From Botryllus schlosseri (Eukaryota), in assembly GCA_051294905.1 (NCBI GenBank), contig CM119371.1, positions 34,474,001-34,538,000 of the forward strand: a stretch of 64,000 nucleotides of DNA, in the 5' to 3' direction. Positions within the stretch are counted from its first letter, which is position 1. Each line of letters starts with the position of its first letter. Of the stretch, positions 36,691-49,502 are shown piece after piece. The notes below the pieces were generated by a model. The model made no database searches and was not told the DNA's origin. It worked only from the letters and a program-made list of their open reading frames with translations. Position numbers and translations under genes: made by a program.

Positions 36691-39600
36691 ATGAAGATGT
36701 CTGCCGGTGAAGCGTATGACAGTTTTGACGAGGAGACGTCGCTGAAAATCGATGAGGGAAAACCCAGGAGTAAAGGTGAGTGATGTTATGATTCATTTTC
36801 ACTACATTCTAGTGAGCTGACCAGATTTGGAAAAAGCAGATCATTATAATTTGGCCTGATAGGGAGGGAATGTAGATGTTGACATGGTACTGCCATATTT
36901 GAACTTGAATCGTTACTGAGGCTGGGAAAAATCAGGTATCTGGTCAATTCAACGCTGACTCGAGAATCTAAGTATCACTCGGATTGGAGCACACGGATTG
37001 TTACACTCCCAACCCTTACTGAATATAGACAGGATGAAAGCGTAACATCAGGGTTGTAACCAAGTCACGAGGTTCCGAGTCGCGAGTCAATATCACTTTT
37101 ATAGTTTCGACTCGAGTCTAGTAGAGTCGTTTTCAATTCACCACCCGAGTCAAGTTCGTGAGTAGAGGGTCGAGTTCAAGTCATAGTGTTGCGACTCGAG
37201 ACCAAGTCGTGTGTTCACTTTTCAATTCAATCGGGTTCAGCCCATTTCTTCAGCTCTGCTTGAGGGATATAGAATGGCTCGCATTCATAATATCGTACCT
37301 TTCCTCAATCCCCAGTCCTGACAGTTTCTGGCCCTATTTTCCTAGCATCAGGACTGATCGACGAAATACCAATAATGTGGTGACTTTAGTATTCTTCGAA
37401 GTCACAATGTCTGTCTTGGCCGCCTTAGTCTCGAGTCATATGCACATGCACAATGACTCGTGCACGAGTCGACTTGATACACAAATTGACTCGAGTCGAG
37501 TCATTTTACTCATTTGAAAAATGACTCAAGTCGTTACGATCCTGTGTTGAAGTTGAGAATATTGCGTCTGCTCATCTCTAGCTCTCCGCTATCTCTGTCT
37601 TCGTTGAGAATTTTTTTGGCTTCGTTGCGTATACTGTTTGGGATTGTTATAATTCTCTGGTAACGCCCTGTCAAAAGACGCACCCTGCTTCTTTGCAGCT
37701 GTTCAAGATGAAGATACAGACGACGCCAGCGAGACGGATCGTGCGAAATGCGAAGAGGAAGCTCTGGAAATCAAAGAGCAAATTTACAGGTGAACAGGGA
37801 TTTGAAACAAAGCTTTCTGTTAGCCTACCTGTTATAGCCCACACATACTGTCGCTTTTACCTGACCTGTCAACACCTACATGCTGTACTGAATTTATCCC
37901 ACATACAGTCGCCATTTAACCCTGCCCGAGTTTAAGTCATTTTCATTCGTTATCAAGGGTGGGTATGACAATTTTTAAGTACTCAGATCTCAATCGAGTA
38001 TGAACTCTGATCCCATTCGATATAGCGGTAAGAGTAATTTTTTATCGAGGAATAAACTAATACACTTATGGTGCTAGAAGATTTTTTGTAAACATGAAAT
38101 TTAGTTTTAATTCCTTTTTTCCCACTGTGGAAGCCTGGAAGCCTTTGTAGCATCAGAAACATTTGGCGTGAGGCTGTGAATATTAATGGAATCAGCATTT
38201 TTTGTGACATATTGATTACCGTAGACATTAGTTTGAGCCTACGGCTAAATTGGATCTTTAATTTAAAATTCAGACCAAGAGATAGGAATAGATCCGGGAT
38301 CATCATTTAGACTCGGATTGAACCTGAATCGTTCCTTGATATCGAGTTCTTTTGGACGTTATAAATTGGAAATAGATTCGGGATTATCATTTGGACTCGC
38401 GTCTTCAAGCAGGATTTTGCTTTGTAACTATCAAATACACTCGTCACCGCGAGATGAACTCGTGAAGTGCAAAGGAGGTTTCAATGCTATAATTTCTGCG
38501 TGCAATGCGACCCTCAGATTGGTTATGATTAGCACAAGCACCATAATATGTAATGAAGCTATGATGGTAGCGCTTGACCCATCACGCTACTACCTACCAA
38601 GAGTAACCAGCTAAATTCCTTTTTTTCCGAAGGAGAATTCGAAGGTTTTTTTTCCTAATTCAGACTTCCTATGGATCTTAACATGTCACAACACATCTAT
38701 ATTGTGAAGCATAAAAAATTAATTTGATTTTGCACATGTGCGACATGTTTACTGTAATAGAGGGATCGAATGTGAGCCCGGTATCTAATTTCAATTTCTC
38801 CCAATCGCGCTGTACTTTGGAATTTACCCGAACGCTAAAACTGCGTGAGAGTTCCTTGTTAAATTTTATAGCATCCACTGGAATTTAGGAGAAGCACGCT
38901 TTGTCCAATATGAAAGTAATGGAGGAGAATTCATCCAGGAAACTGTTTTTTGTATATTTTCTGTAAATGACAGAGTCTGATTTATCTGTAATATAGAATT
39001 CAAAAATCAATGTATGAAATTCACTGAATCCGTTCATGTGCTATCAAACGAGAATGATCATTTTCAGTACCGGTAGCCTATCTTTCATTAACGATTATCG
39101 ATTACATGGTCCCCTTGTTAGCTGCAGCTTCAGGCCCAAATTTGGACCCAAACATGGGTCGTGACCCGTACTTTGAGAACCCCTGTTCTGATGTATAAAT
39201 CCAACATTTGGTCACATCAGTAGCTGTTGTCAGTTTTCTCCGTATGACCAATCTCATCAGCTTATACTATGTTGTTCCATGTTAATCTTTCAGTATGACA
39301 GATGGCTATCATTATCAAAAGATCGTGCGGAGATTATGATAAGTTTAGTTTCCTTTGTCTCGACACAGGGAGAAGTTGGGTCAACTGAAGAAACAACTGA
39401 CGCAGTTGAATGCCGGAACGTTGCAAGAGTATTCGAAGAGGCTGAAGAAATTGGAGCAGGCTCACAAGGAAAGACAGCGTCAAGCGCAAGTCCATCAAGA
39501 GTATCTATTGGCAAAGGTTTGTATCGAATGTGGACAGGGATGCATATCTATATAAGGGATGCAACATGTTGTAGTGTAAATGAATTTCAATATCAATTCT

Positions 39601-42600
39601 TTAAATTTGTGGATTTAGACACCCTGATGCATAGGCCTACTACAGTAACGAATGTTAACGACATTACTTAAATCAGAAAACCTTTCAAGTCACGTTTGTA
39701 GGTCGACCAAGAATACGAGAGCGAAAAGGAAGCCGCGATCTGTGACTTTGAAGAGAAGAAAGTGGAATTGAAGGAAAATCTGATAGCGGAACTTCAGGTG
39801 AAAATCAAATTTGAAGGAAGCCGAAAGCTGTTCTCCATGCTTTGTGTTAATATTTCCTGGCTGCGGTTGAAGTGCATCCAAAAGCGACTTTTTGCTTCAC
39901 GTAATGAAGTGCGCAAAAATTAGTATCCTTGCTTAATAACTTTTATAAAACAAATTATTATAAAAATAACGAGGACTAATCAAGTAAGACAATCTGAGTA
40001 AAAGTATTAGTAATTTGAATATTAAACTCAGGGTTATAACCAAGTCACAAGGCTCCGAGTCACAAGTCAATGTCACTGTTATAGTTTTGACTCGAGAAAA
40101 GTCAAGTCATTTTTAATTCACCACCGAGTCAAGTCCGAGTCCAAATCAGCGAGCAGAGGGTCGAGTCCGAGTCATGTTATTATGACTCGAGTCCAAGTCA
40201 TTGCGTTGACTGCTAAGTTTCCAGTTACAGTCTGGTTAAAACTACTTTTTATAGCTCTGTTTGGTGATATCGAATGGTTCGCATTTATAATATACTAATT
40301 TTCCTCACTTTCAACAGTTTCTAGTCGCATTTTCAAGTACCAGTACCAATAGGCGAAATACCAACAGTGTGGTTACTTTACTATTCTTCGAAATTACAGT
40401 GAAATTGTCGGTCTTGGCCGTCTGAGAGAGTCATATGAGTCGAGTCATTACAACCCCGATTAAACTGCTTGTGTGCCGGTCAAACCTCACTGAATACTCT
40501 GAAAAAGAGGTAGTACTCTGTTGCTGGCCGCCCCTGAGTAAAAGTAGGAATACTATGAATACAAAACCACCCAAGTGGTCCGAGTATAGGGAGAATCTAC
40601 TTGAGTACTAAAAGCTGGAAATACTTTGTTAACGAGCACAAGCAGGAGTACAAAACCACTAGAGGAGAGTAAGTGGGCAAAATCTACTTGATTATCTCCG
40701 CTTGAGAATGAAATAGGAGTACAGTTATGTGAATGCAAAACCATCGGAGCAATGTTGAGTATAGAAATAGCCTACTTGGGTAAGCCTACTCTGAAAAAAC
40801 AAGAGTTACCCATTACTTACCGCCTCTTGAGTAAAAGTAGGAGTAGAGCGAATGCGAAACGTGCCTGGCCACATTTTTGAAGTCCCTCGTTGCGTCAAGG
40901 AGAAGAAGAAGACGATCGAAGCGGAACGCCACACCATGGAGCTCACGGGAGTGTGCCCGTCGATAGTGGACGCCAAGACGCACGTCAAGCGCAACCTGCG
41001 ACGCAGGGCCCACGACCCGGCGCCCGCCAGCAGCGACAAGCGGAGGAAGCCCAGCCCGACGCAACTGAACTTTGTCTTGCCCGACGAGGACATTCTGGAG
41101 GATTTGAAGGTGAGTGTTGGGTTGGAACAGTGACGTGATGAAAAAAGCGAGTGTCACGATTATCATCAGTTCTCCGGTAATCTCAAGTCGATACCACACT
41201 TTGAAAAACGTATCAGCAATTCTCGTGACTTCACAGCCTAGTTGAAGGGAGTCAGAGAGAGATATAATCTATTTCTTATAGCTTGAAGGTGTGGTGTTGA
41301 CGAAAAAAAGGTCGTCACTTTTACTCGACTGCCGATATACCCGATTTCTTAACGCAACTCTGACGTTGACTGCGTCGTGGTCGTGTTTTTTGTTGTGAAT
41401 TCCCAAAAAACAGGACATTTAGGCATCCTCCAAGGACACTTTCAATTTATCGCAAAAAGGGGACAAATCATCTTCAAAGAAGACGTATGGTAACCCTATT
41501 GCAGGTGTCCAGATGCAGTGTTTCTAGTTTGTTTCATATCCAAGCGGAGCACCAATGGCTGCGAAGCTGTTATATTAAACGCTCAGTCACTCAAGCTAGA
41601 TGTCATATCTTTTCAATATCGGCTGAATTCTGGATGTGTCGCAGTTGTTGGCGGCGCGGCAGTGCAAGTTATCGTCTGAAAAATCTGATATCAGTCAGGC
41701 TTTACTAACGACACTATAAATAGAGCAATAATAATATGATATGTATTATTCGATGATATATTATGTTACCATCATACAGGGCTATTTTCGCAATTTTATA
41801 TGATGATTTCACCTACAAAAGTGATAAGAATCAGCCCCAAAACTACTGTCTACTTTGCTAAAGTCAAATTGTAGAGAGTAAGCGGTTTTGCGTCGAAAAC
41901 TCAAAAACTGTTAGGTAAAAGTATAAGTAGTCTGAACATATCACCGCTTGAGTACTCTGTAAGAGTAGAAATAATTCAACACTTACCAACTGCGATAGAG
42001 ATACATCGAAATATTGGGATGCTTGTTTTGAATATAGTTTTTGCACTTATTAAATCAGACATACTGCTTGATTCGAATCATTGCAATTGATACGTGACTC
42101 GGATTCCATTACTCAAACGCTCTCTTATATGAGATCTCATTTCATGCTGTTGACGTCATATTTCGAGATACGATTGTTGATATACAATGTTCTTTCCAAT
42201 TCTCTACTAGTTGCTGACGATTACCCCTGACGAGTGTCCGCCGAAAATATTCGGGTTCATTTCTATATGAATATACTATTCGATTACTCGTATCGTTGGC
42301 TCCGGTCCCAATCCCCAGTCGTTAGTCGTTTACGTACTTCCGAAACGCCATAATTCTGTCACTTGCGTCATCCCAACGCTGCTACATATTTGCCACTCAT
42401 CACCAGATACTCAACAAAGGCAAGCCGTCCAAGCTCACCCAGGAACTGACCCAGGAGCTGCAGAATTCCGAGGGCCGTCTCGTGGAGGCCCGTGTCGACG
42501 CCGGCAAGCTGCTGTATGACAAGAAGTGGTTTCACCGCGGACAGCCCGTGACGATATGCAACTATCGGGAGAACGCAAAGTTTTCGGGCGTGATTTCTAT

Positions 42601-44951
42601 CATCGCGGATAGAGAGGTAATCTGCGGTAGCCGGGCAATTCGGAGAATCGCGTTGTCTAGGTATTTTCGTTAGGTTCTAGGCTTAGGTTGTGGGCAGAGG
42701 TGTCTGTAAAGAAGTTCTTCTACACTTAGTACTAGAGTAGGTTTTGCCTAGACCAGTGGTTCTCGACCTTTTTGTCTTCGCGGACCCCTTTTGGACGGTC
42801 AAGGACCCCCGCTGACACCACAAGTTTTAGTTCAAATTTAGCTCAATTATCGTGCGTATCGTCTGCGTTTCGCAAACATTAACAGTCGGCTAGTGACAAA
42901 CAGCAACAAAATGACTATTCTTGAAAAAATCATCACACTCTTCATGTGGATAATTGCATGGACGGTAGCGAATTCTGCAGCTGCTTTTCTTGAAATACGT
43001 GGTCGTGTCCTGAAAATCCGCGCCTTTGATTTGATATGAACGAGTGCCGAAAATTTATTTCCGCAAAGAGTGGTGGCAATGCCATAATGGGCAACGCTTT
43101 CGACGACCCCTTTGGGTATAATCGCAACATATATGCCACAAATATTGAGACACAGATATTTTATTGAACACATAACGTCCATCCTAGTCATTTCTATCTA
43201 GCAGCTCATCTCGAAATTGTTCGGGAATAGCGGTTATGTATGTCACAGGAAAAATGATTTTTGCATGCGTCTGAAGTCACGCTGATTGACCTTACTATTT
43301 CTACTTTATTATTTTTCCACAAACCCCAACAAAACGACTCCAAACAGTAATATGCTTCTATCCGTAGGCTATTGCCAATTTGGCAATCCAAATGAGTTTG
43401 TACAGTAGGATCATCTCAGACGGTCATTCTTTTGATGTGAGTCTTGACTCTTGAGGTTGTAGCAGTAATGAAGCGAAACTGACTCGTAATTTCTCTATTT
43501 TGAAAATAGAATATAAATACGGTTATCAATCATTTTGCAAATTTAGAGGCTTCGTGGACTGTTGAGAACCACTGGGTTAGACTATGCTACTCAATCTAGG
43601 AGTTGTGTGTTTTAACCAATTCCACTTCTCCTCAGCAGTATTTTACAGCAATAGCTGTCTGCTCGATTCCAAGTGGCAGCAGCGATTACTCGTTTTTGAA
43701 GCTACATAATCAAGTACTTTCCAATCCTTCCTTCCATGCTTCAACTTGAAGTAACTTTGACATATTGGCTCGGATATATTGCCACTGCTGGACTTGTGAT
43801 TGAGTAGAGATGAACTCTGTGGCTTCTACTGAGTAGCAACGCTGTCAACTTTAACTATAGATTACTAAACTAAGGACAGATATACAACTCCAGTGGTTAC
43901 ACTTGAATACGCAGTAGTGTTCAATGTTTACTGCTGAACTGAACAGAGCCAGTGGTTTTGGTGAACCCACAGCTTGCGACCCGAGCACAAAATCTATGAA
44001 AGCTGGTCAAGTTCGAAAGCTAGTGTCGCACTGATTCTGAATATATGAATTAAAACCAGGTAACCACACCGAAATCTCACTCGAAGTCTGAAATCAAGAT
44101 TGCTCGGAACAACACCAATTGCACACTTCTGATCGTGATGTTAATGGGGGGTCACTGCCTTCACCAGACTTCAATTTCTATTTTCGTAATCAGTGCAACA
44201 GTAGCTTTCGATAAAGGCCGATTTTATTAAATTTTATGCTTGTCACCGGCTATGGCATCATCCAGGGTTACAACCAAGTTGCAAGGTTCCGAGTCACAAG
44301 TCAATCGCACTTTTATAATTTTGACTCGTGTCAAGTCGAGTCATTTTCAATTCACAGCGAGTCAAACCCGAGTCCAAGTCATTGAGTAGAGGGTGTAGTC
44401 CGAGCCACAGTGTTGCGACTTGAGTCCGAGTCATTGTGTTTTGAGTTCAATCCGGTTTAACCCATTTTTTCAACTCTGCTCGGATGATATACAATGGCTC
44501 TTATTTATGAATAGTCATTATCTTCAGTCTGCCCCTATTTTCCAAGTAGCAGGACTGATAGCCGAAATCCAATAACGTTAGTAACTTTACTATTCTTCGT
44601 GAAGTTAGATGAAATAATTGTCTTGGCCGTCCTAGTGTTGAATCCTATGACTTGGTTCGAGTCATGCACAATGACTCGAGTGCAAGTCGAGTCAATACAA
44701 AAATTAACTCGAGTTGAGTCATTTTACGCATTTGAAAAAATGACTCGAGTCACTTGGGTCGAGTCGTGACTCGAGTCATTACAACCCTGCGCTATGTATA
44801 CCTTGACGTGATATGAGAATGTCAGCGTCGTTCGTGACTGACCCGTTGAATTTTCCAGATCACCGTTCGAAAACCTTCGGGGACCACGGTCAGGATATTT
44901 GTGTCGCAGCTGCACCGCGGCAAGTACGGAATAAAGAAGTCGGCGCAGTGA
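36691..44951 (+). CDS. SUDS3: Sin3 histone deacetylase corepressor complex component SDS3, 7 coding exons, about 310 aa
   Basis: Exons 36691-36775, 37699-37789, 39369-39516, 39702-39797, 40900-41109, 42407-42616, 44859-44951; all GT-AG, phase-compatible, 933 nt in total. Motifs DEDTDDASETD, GTLQEY, KKVELKENLIAEL, MELTG, DKRRKP, GKLLYDKKW, RIFVSQLHRG. Start could be 36691 or 36697. Confidence 0.93.
37049..37544. mobile_element. GACTCGAGTC family A MITE in SUDS3 intron 1
   Basis: CAGGGTTGTAACCAAGTCAC start, colinear with 5567-6150. Confidence 0.8.
40029..40458. mobile_element. GACTCGAGTC family A MITE in SUDS3 intron 4
   Basis: Perfect TSD ATTAAACT; colinear with 5567-6150. Confidence 0.88.
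42754..43574. mobile_element. Charlie-like hAT MITE in SUDS3 intron 6
   Basis: CAGTGGTTCTCGACC...GTTGAGAACCACTG; inverted similarity to 53444-55023. Confidence 0.8.
44263..44789. mobile_element. GACTCGAGTC family A MITE in SUDS3 intron 6
   Basis: CAGGGTTACAACC...TTACAACCCTG; colinear with 5567-6150. Confidence 0.82.
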
Positions 44952-45526
44952 ATTGTGGCGCGTCCGCAACGGCTTGAAGCAGTCTCGGTAACGCGACGGT
45001 TCGCGAATCCCGTTGAAGCTTGCAGTGGGGACTGCCTCCCCAGGGTCGTGTTTGTTGGCTGGTATAAAAAACGAATTGGAGTGTGTTTCAATTGACGTTA
45101 GGCTCAGCGTGTGTTTGTGATCATCCGTCGAATCTTCCTATGCGAGCATACCAGTTACTGGGTTGTCGCATCCCCTTCTACGCGTGTTTCATTGATGTAG
45201 CAACAGAGGTGGTCAGCATGGCTAAGCACAATGGTTCCGGTATTCTAGGGTTACCAACGTCCTCCTTCAGGTGGATTTGTCCTCCTTTTTGAGATAACGT
45301 CCTTTTTTTTGACAAGTTTGGTTATACATAGGGCAAAATTCGACTGAGATACAGTAAATCAGCACTGAAGTAGAGCTGCTGCGGCTACTTCGGGAGCTGA
45401 GCCTAAAAGTCGACTTTTTGTGATAACGTGAAGGAAAAACTGTACTGCAAATTCGGTTTAGCTTGGAGATTGGTGCCAGCCAACCAGGTAGCCACCGTAA
45501 ATTTTATGAAATGTCCGTTTTTTTTC

Positions 45527-45532
45527 AATAAA
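45527..45532 (+). terminator. Putative SUDS3 polyadenylation signal
   Basis: AATAAA about 575 nt after the stop, followed by T/GT-rich sequence. Confidence 0.4.
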
Positions 45533-45811
45533 ATATTTATATTTGTGCAGTAAAAGACTTGTTCGCGTTAGTAGCAAAGACAGTTTACATGATAGAATGC
45601 AATCGGTTTAGTTCGATCTCAACATATTTATAAATGAAAATGTAGTAAACTGGTCTAATGGTGTTTTACTCAGACACCTACCTCGACCTGGAATACGATA
45701 TGAAGACATGAGATGAAATGGATGTTCCGCTGTTTCAAAACGGTTTACATGGGTGTGCTAAGCTAATACACATGGTGTAATGTACTGTATAGTTCACGAC
45801 TGCACGTACAT

Positions 45812-46226
45812 CAGAGATGAGCGGATTTGAAATTTCTATGTCCTAATCCAATCCAAATCCGAACCTTCAAATCCAAATCCTAATCCATAACTTTTTCATA
45901 TTCAAGTCCATGTCCAATCCTAATCCGATTCCAACTGGAAATTCAGAAAAAATACTAATTTATGCAACGGAGGGATTCGAAAATTTTCTTTCACAACCAA
46001 CGATTCACTTGATTCAAGATAACTTGATAACCATAAGTACATTAATAACTGATCTGAATAAAGTTTGTCGCCATTCGTCAGACGACATTTCAATCTCCCA
46101 GAAAATATGTAAATCCAATCCAAATCCTAATCCGTTCTAAAAAAAATGTCTAATCCAATCCAAATCCGACAAAATTTCACAAATCCTGTTTTTTCAAAAC
46201 CTAATCCTAATCCATGCTCATCTCTG
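45812..46226. mobile_element. hAT-like MITE with AATCC(A/T) repeats
   Basis: TIR CAGAGATGAGC...GCTCATCTCTG; perfect TSD ACGTACAT; highly similar to 62773-63199. Confidence 0.92.
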
Positions 46227-46472
46227 ACGTACATGGAAGGCGCAAGGTGTTTTCATTTGTGATGACATTACGCGCCAGCTGCTATCCGTCATGCATGGCG
46301 GCGTTTATTTTCTGCCATTGGTGTGAAAAGGACCTCAGCTTATAAATAACTAAGGTAAACCTTGGTCAGTAACCACACGTAGTAGCTACTCGCTAAGTAA
46401 CCCCATGGACAGATATTCCCATTTAAATGCAGAAATTAATATCCCCTTCCACAAGCGCCCAGCTAAACAAAT

Positions 46473-46514
46473 TATAGATAACTAAGGTAAACCGGTTTAC
46501 TTTAGTTATCTATA
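46473..46514. mobile_element. 42-bp palindromic mini-element of the TATAGATAACTAA family
   Basis: TATAGATAACTAAGGTAAACCGGTTTACTTTAGTTATCTATA flanked by AACAAAT direct repeats. Confidence 0.8.
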
Positions 46515-46631
46515 AACAAATCGAGCTGCGTAGACATGCATCAGAGCGCGAAATGACGTGTCGCGAGTTATTGTCGCATCTCGCAATGACTCGCATCTAC
46601 GGATTACCTTAGTTGTAAATGTCAGTTCGCT

Positions 46632-46667
46632 TATAGATAACTAATCTACGTAGGTTAGTTATCTATA
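46632..46667. mobile_element. 36-bp palindromic mini-element of the TATAGATAACTAA family
   Basis: TATAGATAACTAATCTACGTAGGTTAGTTATCTATA flanked by GTTCGCT/GCTCGCT; absent from the paralogous site near 63600. Confidence 0.8.
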
Positions 46668-46928
46668 GCTCGCTTGTCTGTGGTAAGTCAGCTTCATGGT
46701 TAGCCTCAGCACCATCGTCATCGTGTTACCGCTTATGTTCTATTAACAGCACAGTGGTGCTTCAACTCACAGGAACTCAAGATAGGTTTGCATATAGTTC
46801 AAGCATAGCAATTTACAACGTTGTAAATTGCTATGGTTCAAGGGTCGTGGTAACGTAAGACTAGGGTTGGTGGTTAGCCTCTAATTCTACGATACCCCGC
46901 CGCAAACGATAATATCGATCCTTAGCTA

Positions 46929-47380
46929 CACTACAAAAAAAATTAGACAAATTGGTCTCAAAATTAGACAAATTTGGTCTCAAATTTAAGAAATGAGGAT
47001 GATTTGGTCTCATTTTACCACCCACTCACCATAAATGCTATTTTCGACTCGGACAACCATATATATATTGATCTGAATAGTACATGTGAGTAGTAAGTGG
47101 CATGTACCTTGATAACTATATCTAGTGAATACCTTGTGAACTTAGTACAGGATCATCTCAACACTGCAATTTCTGGTCTCTCTCATCCTTCCCCTCCTCT
47201 GCTCAGACCCCTAACACTGAAAAGGATGCCCCCGAGGCACTGCTACTTTTTTCGATCAATTTCTGGCTTACTTTTGAGACATAAAGTACTTGGTAAGACT
47301 AATTGGTCTTTAAGATATTTTTTCATAAAAAGTCACTTTAAGTTAATAAGATAAAAAATGTCTTATTTTTTTTTGTAGTG
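46929..47380. mobile_element. CACTA-terminus non-autonomous element
   Basis: CACTACAAAAAAAA...TTTTTTTTGTAGTG with TA on both sides; the paralogous site near 63808 is empty. Confidence 0.85.
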
Positions 47381-48278
47381 TATAGTTATTGACTTTGACA
47401 TGTTCATGGAGAGCCCTGATTGGTGATGGCCAATTGGCCATGTTGTAGAGTATGGTTAAAAAAAAAGTACATTAGAGAGTGGACGTGGTGAGTGTTATCA
47501 CGGACAGTTAGTCATGCATGGTTCGTATTCATGGAAAATATTGTAATTTCAGTGAGGAATTGCGCTTCAGGATGATAAAGTAGAGGAACATGTACCTGAA
47601 TGGTAATATCATATCTCAGAATTATTTCATTTTTAGTCAGAACTGTAAAGCCTTGAATTGGACAACTGTGAACCTGAACACTTATTTGCCTGGTTTCGTG
47701 TGGTGACACAATGTGTTCGTGATTGTCTTCAAGGCGTTATAGTTCTTCTGCCACGAAAATGAATAATTTTGTGAAACCCTGTACACTGTGTTCAGGTTAT
47801 AGGGCAGAAATATATATTTACTTTGTTAGGGACTTGGGGTTAGAGTTCAAGGTTTGGATAGGGGTTGACTAGGATTAGAAGATGCAAAGTGCTGAATTCA
47901 ATACAACCAGGGTTGTAACCAAGTGGAAAGTCAATCATAGACTTGAGTCAGGTCGAGGTCAAGGTGCAAAGGGTCGAGTCCAAGTCATACTATCGAGACT
48001 TTAAAGAATTGAGTCTGCTGTTTGGTCACAATGAGATGCCTGTCTGCCCGTCCGAGTCTCAAGTCATATGACAATTCGAGTCAATACGCAAATTGACTCG
48101 AGTCAGTTGTTTTCCATATCTAAGAAAATTACGGCCCGGATTACAACAGCAAAGGTTTTGAAGATTTGATGAACGACGTCTTTTGTGTTGACTCTTCTAC
48201 GCAGATTCTATAACTAGAACGAGACTTTTTACCTGAAACTGTCATTACATAATTTACGGCAGCAACGTACCGAAGACT

Positions 48279-49502
48279 ATGACTCCCAACTCCAATGTGT
48301 GTGAGATTTGCGGGAAAGTGTTCAAATCACCGCTGCACCTTCAATCGCACGAGGTTATTCACACCGGGGTGAAAGCGTACAAGTGTGATATCTGCGGAAA
48401 AGCATTTGTAAATAGTTCGGTACTGTACAAACATTTATTATATCACTCTGACATCAGACGGTTTCGGTGTGAGATATGCCACAAGGCATTCCGTCAAAAG
48501 GCCCACTTGAATACGCACATGCTTGCTCATTCCGGTGTCAAAGAACATAAATGTGACATCTGCAATAAGGAATTTCGTCAAAAAGCACACTTGAGAACGC
48601 ATATGCTCGGAGTTCATTCCGGCATCAGGAGATATAAATGTGATATCTGCGCCAAGGAGTTTCTTATCACTCAAAATTTGAAAAAGCACAAAAAAACTCA
48701 TCTTGATGTCGATAAGCATGACTGCGAAATCTGTGGAAAGGCAATGGCTTCGCACGAAATGTTGAAATACCACTTGAAAGCCCACATGGGAATCAGAGAA
48801 TATGTGTGCAGCGTATGTGGTAAAGGGTTTATTCTTCGGAGCCAACTAACGAGCCATTCGCTAATTCACGCCGACGCCGTGCAACATTGCTGTGAGATAT
48901 GCGGCAAGTATTTTCGTCATAAATCACTGTTAACTGCTCACATGCGCAGTCATCTTGGTATGAAACCGATCAAAAGATTCATTTGCGAGATATGCGGTAT
49001 AAAATTTCTTCGAGACGGGGAGTTGATGATGCACATGAAAATTCATATTGAATGCAAGGATCAAGAATGCGATGTATATGGGATGGCTTTCGCTTCCAAG
49101 TCGAAATTGACGCGTGATTTGCCAAGTCATGGCTACGTGCAACAGTGCTGGTATCGATGTGTCATATGCGACAAGAAATTTCGTGATAAATTTGCTTTGA
49201 ACAGTCATATGGGCATTCATTCAGTCGCGGATTGTAGCGAAGAATTCACTTGTGAGGTCTGCGGCAAAGGATTTACTCGACTCCGTTACTTGCAAAAGCA
49301 CACGCGAATTCATACTGGAGTCAAAGATTATAGATGTGGTGTATGCGGGAAGGCTTTCATTGCAAACTACAAACTCGTACGTCATTCGCTAACTCATATT
49401 CGCATCAAGCGTCATCGCTGTGACATTTGCAATGTGGCATTCGGGCAACAATCAAGTTTAAATTTACACATGCAAAAGCATTTACCCTCAGCAAGCATTT
49501 GA
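48279..49502 (+). CDS. Tandem C2H2 zinc-finger protein, 14 fingers (finger 10 degenerate), no recognisable effector domain
   Basis: Repeated CxxC-x12-HxxxH with TGVK/SGVK/SGIR linkers; finger 10 reads CDVY...RDLPSH; in-frame stop shortly upstream of the ATG. Confidence 0.92.
   Translation: MTPNSNVCEICGKVFKSPLHLQSHEVIHTGVKAYKCDICGKAFVNSSVLYKHLLYHSDIRRFRCEICHKAFRQKAHLNTHMLAHSGVKEHKCDICNKEFRQKAHLRTHMLGVHSGIRRYKCDICAKEFLITQNLKKHKKTHLDVDKHDCEICGKAMASHEMLKYHLKAHMGIREYVCSVCGKGFILRSQLTSHSLIHADAVQHCCEICGKYFRHKSLLTAHMRSHLGMKPIKRFICEICGIKFLRDGELMMHMKIHIECKDQECDVYGMAFASKSKLTRDLPSHGYVQQCWYRCVICDKKFRDKFALNSHMGIHSVADCSEEFTCEVCGKGFTRLRYLQKHTRIHTGVKDYRCGVCGKAFIANYKLVRHSLTHIRIKRHRCDICNVAFGQQSSLNLHMQKHLPSASI

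Noticed and set aside
42616..48279. SUDS3-ZNF fusion by splicing exon 6 to the ZNF acceptor
   Set aside because: Splicing to 48205 gives ATT CTA TAA (immediate stop), the AG at 48262 is out of phase, and the true last exon exists at 44859.
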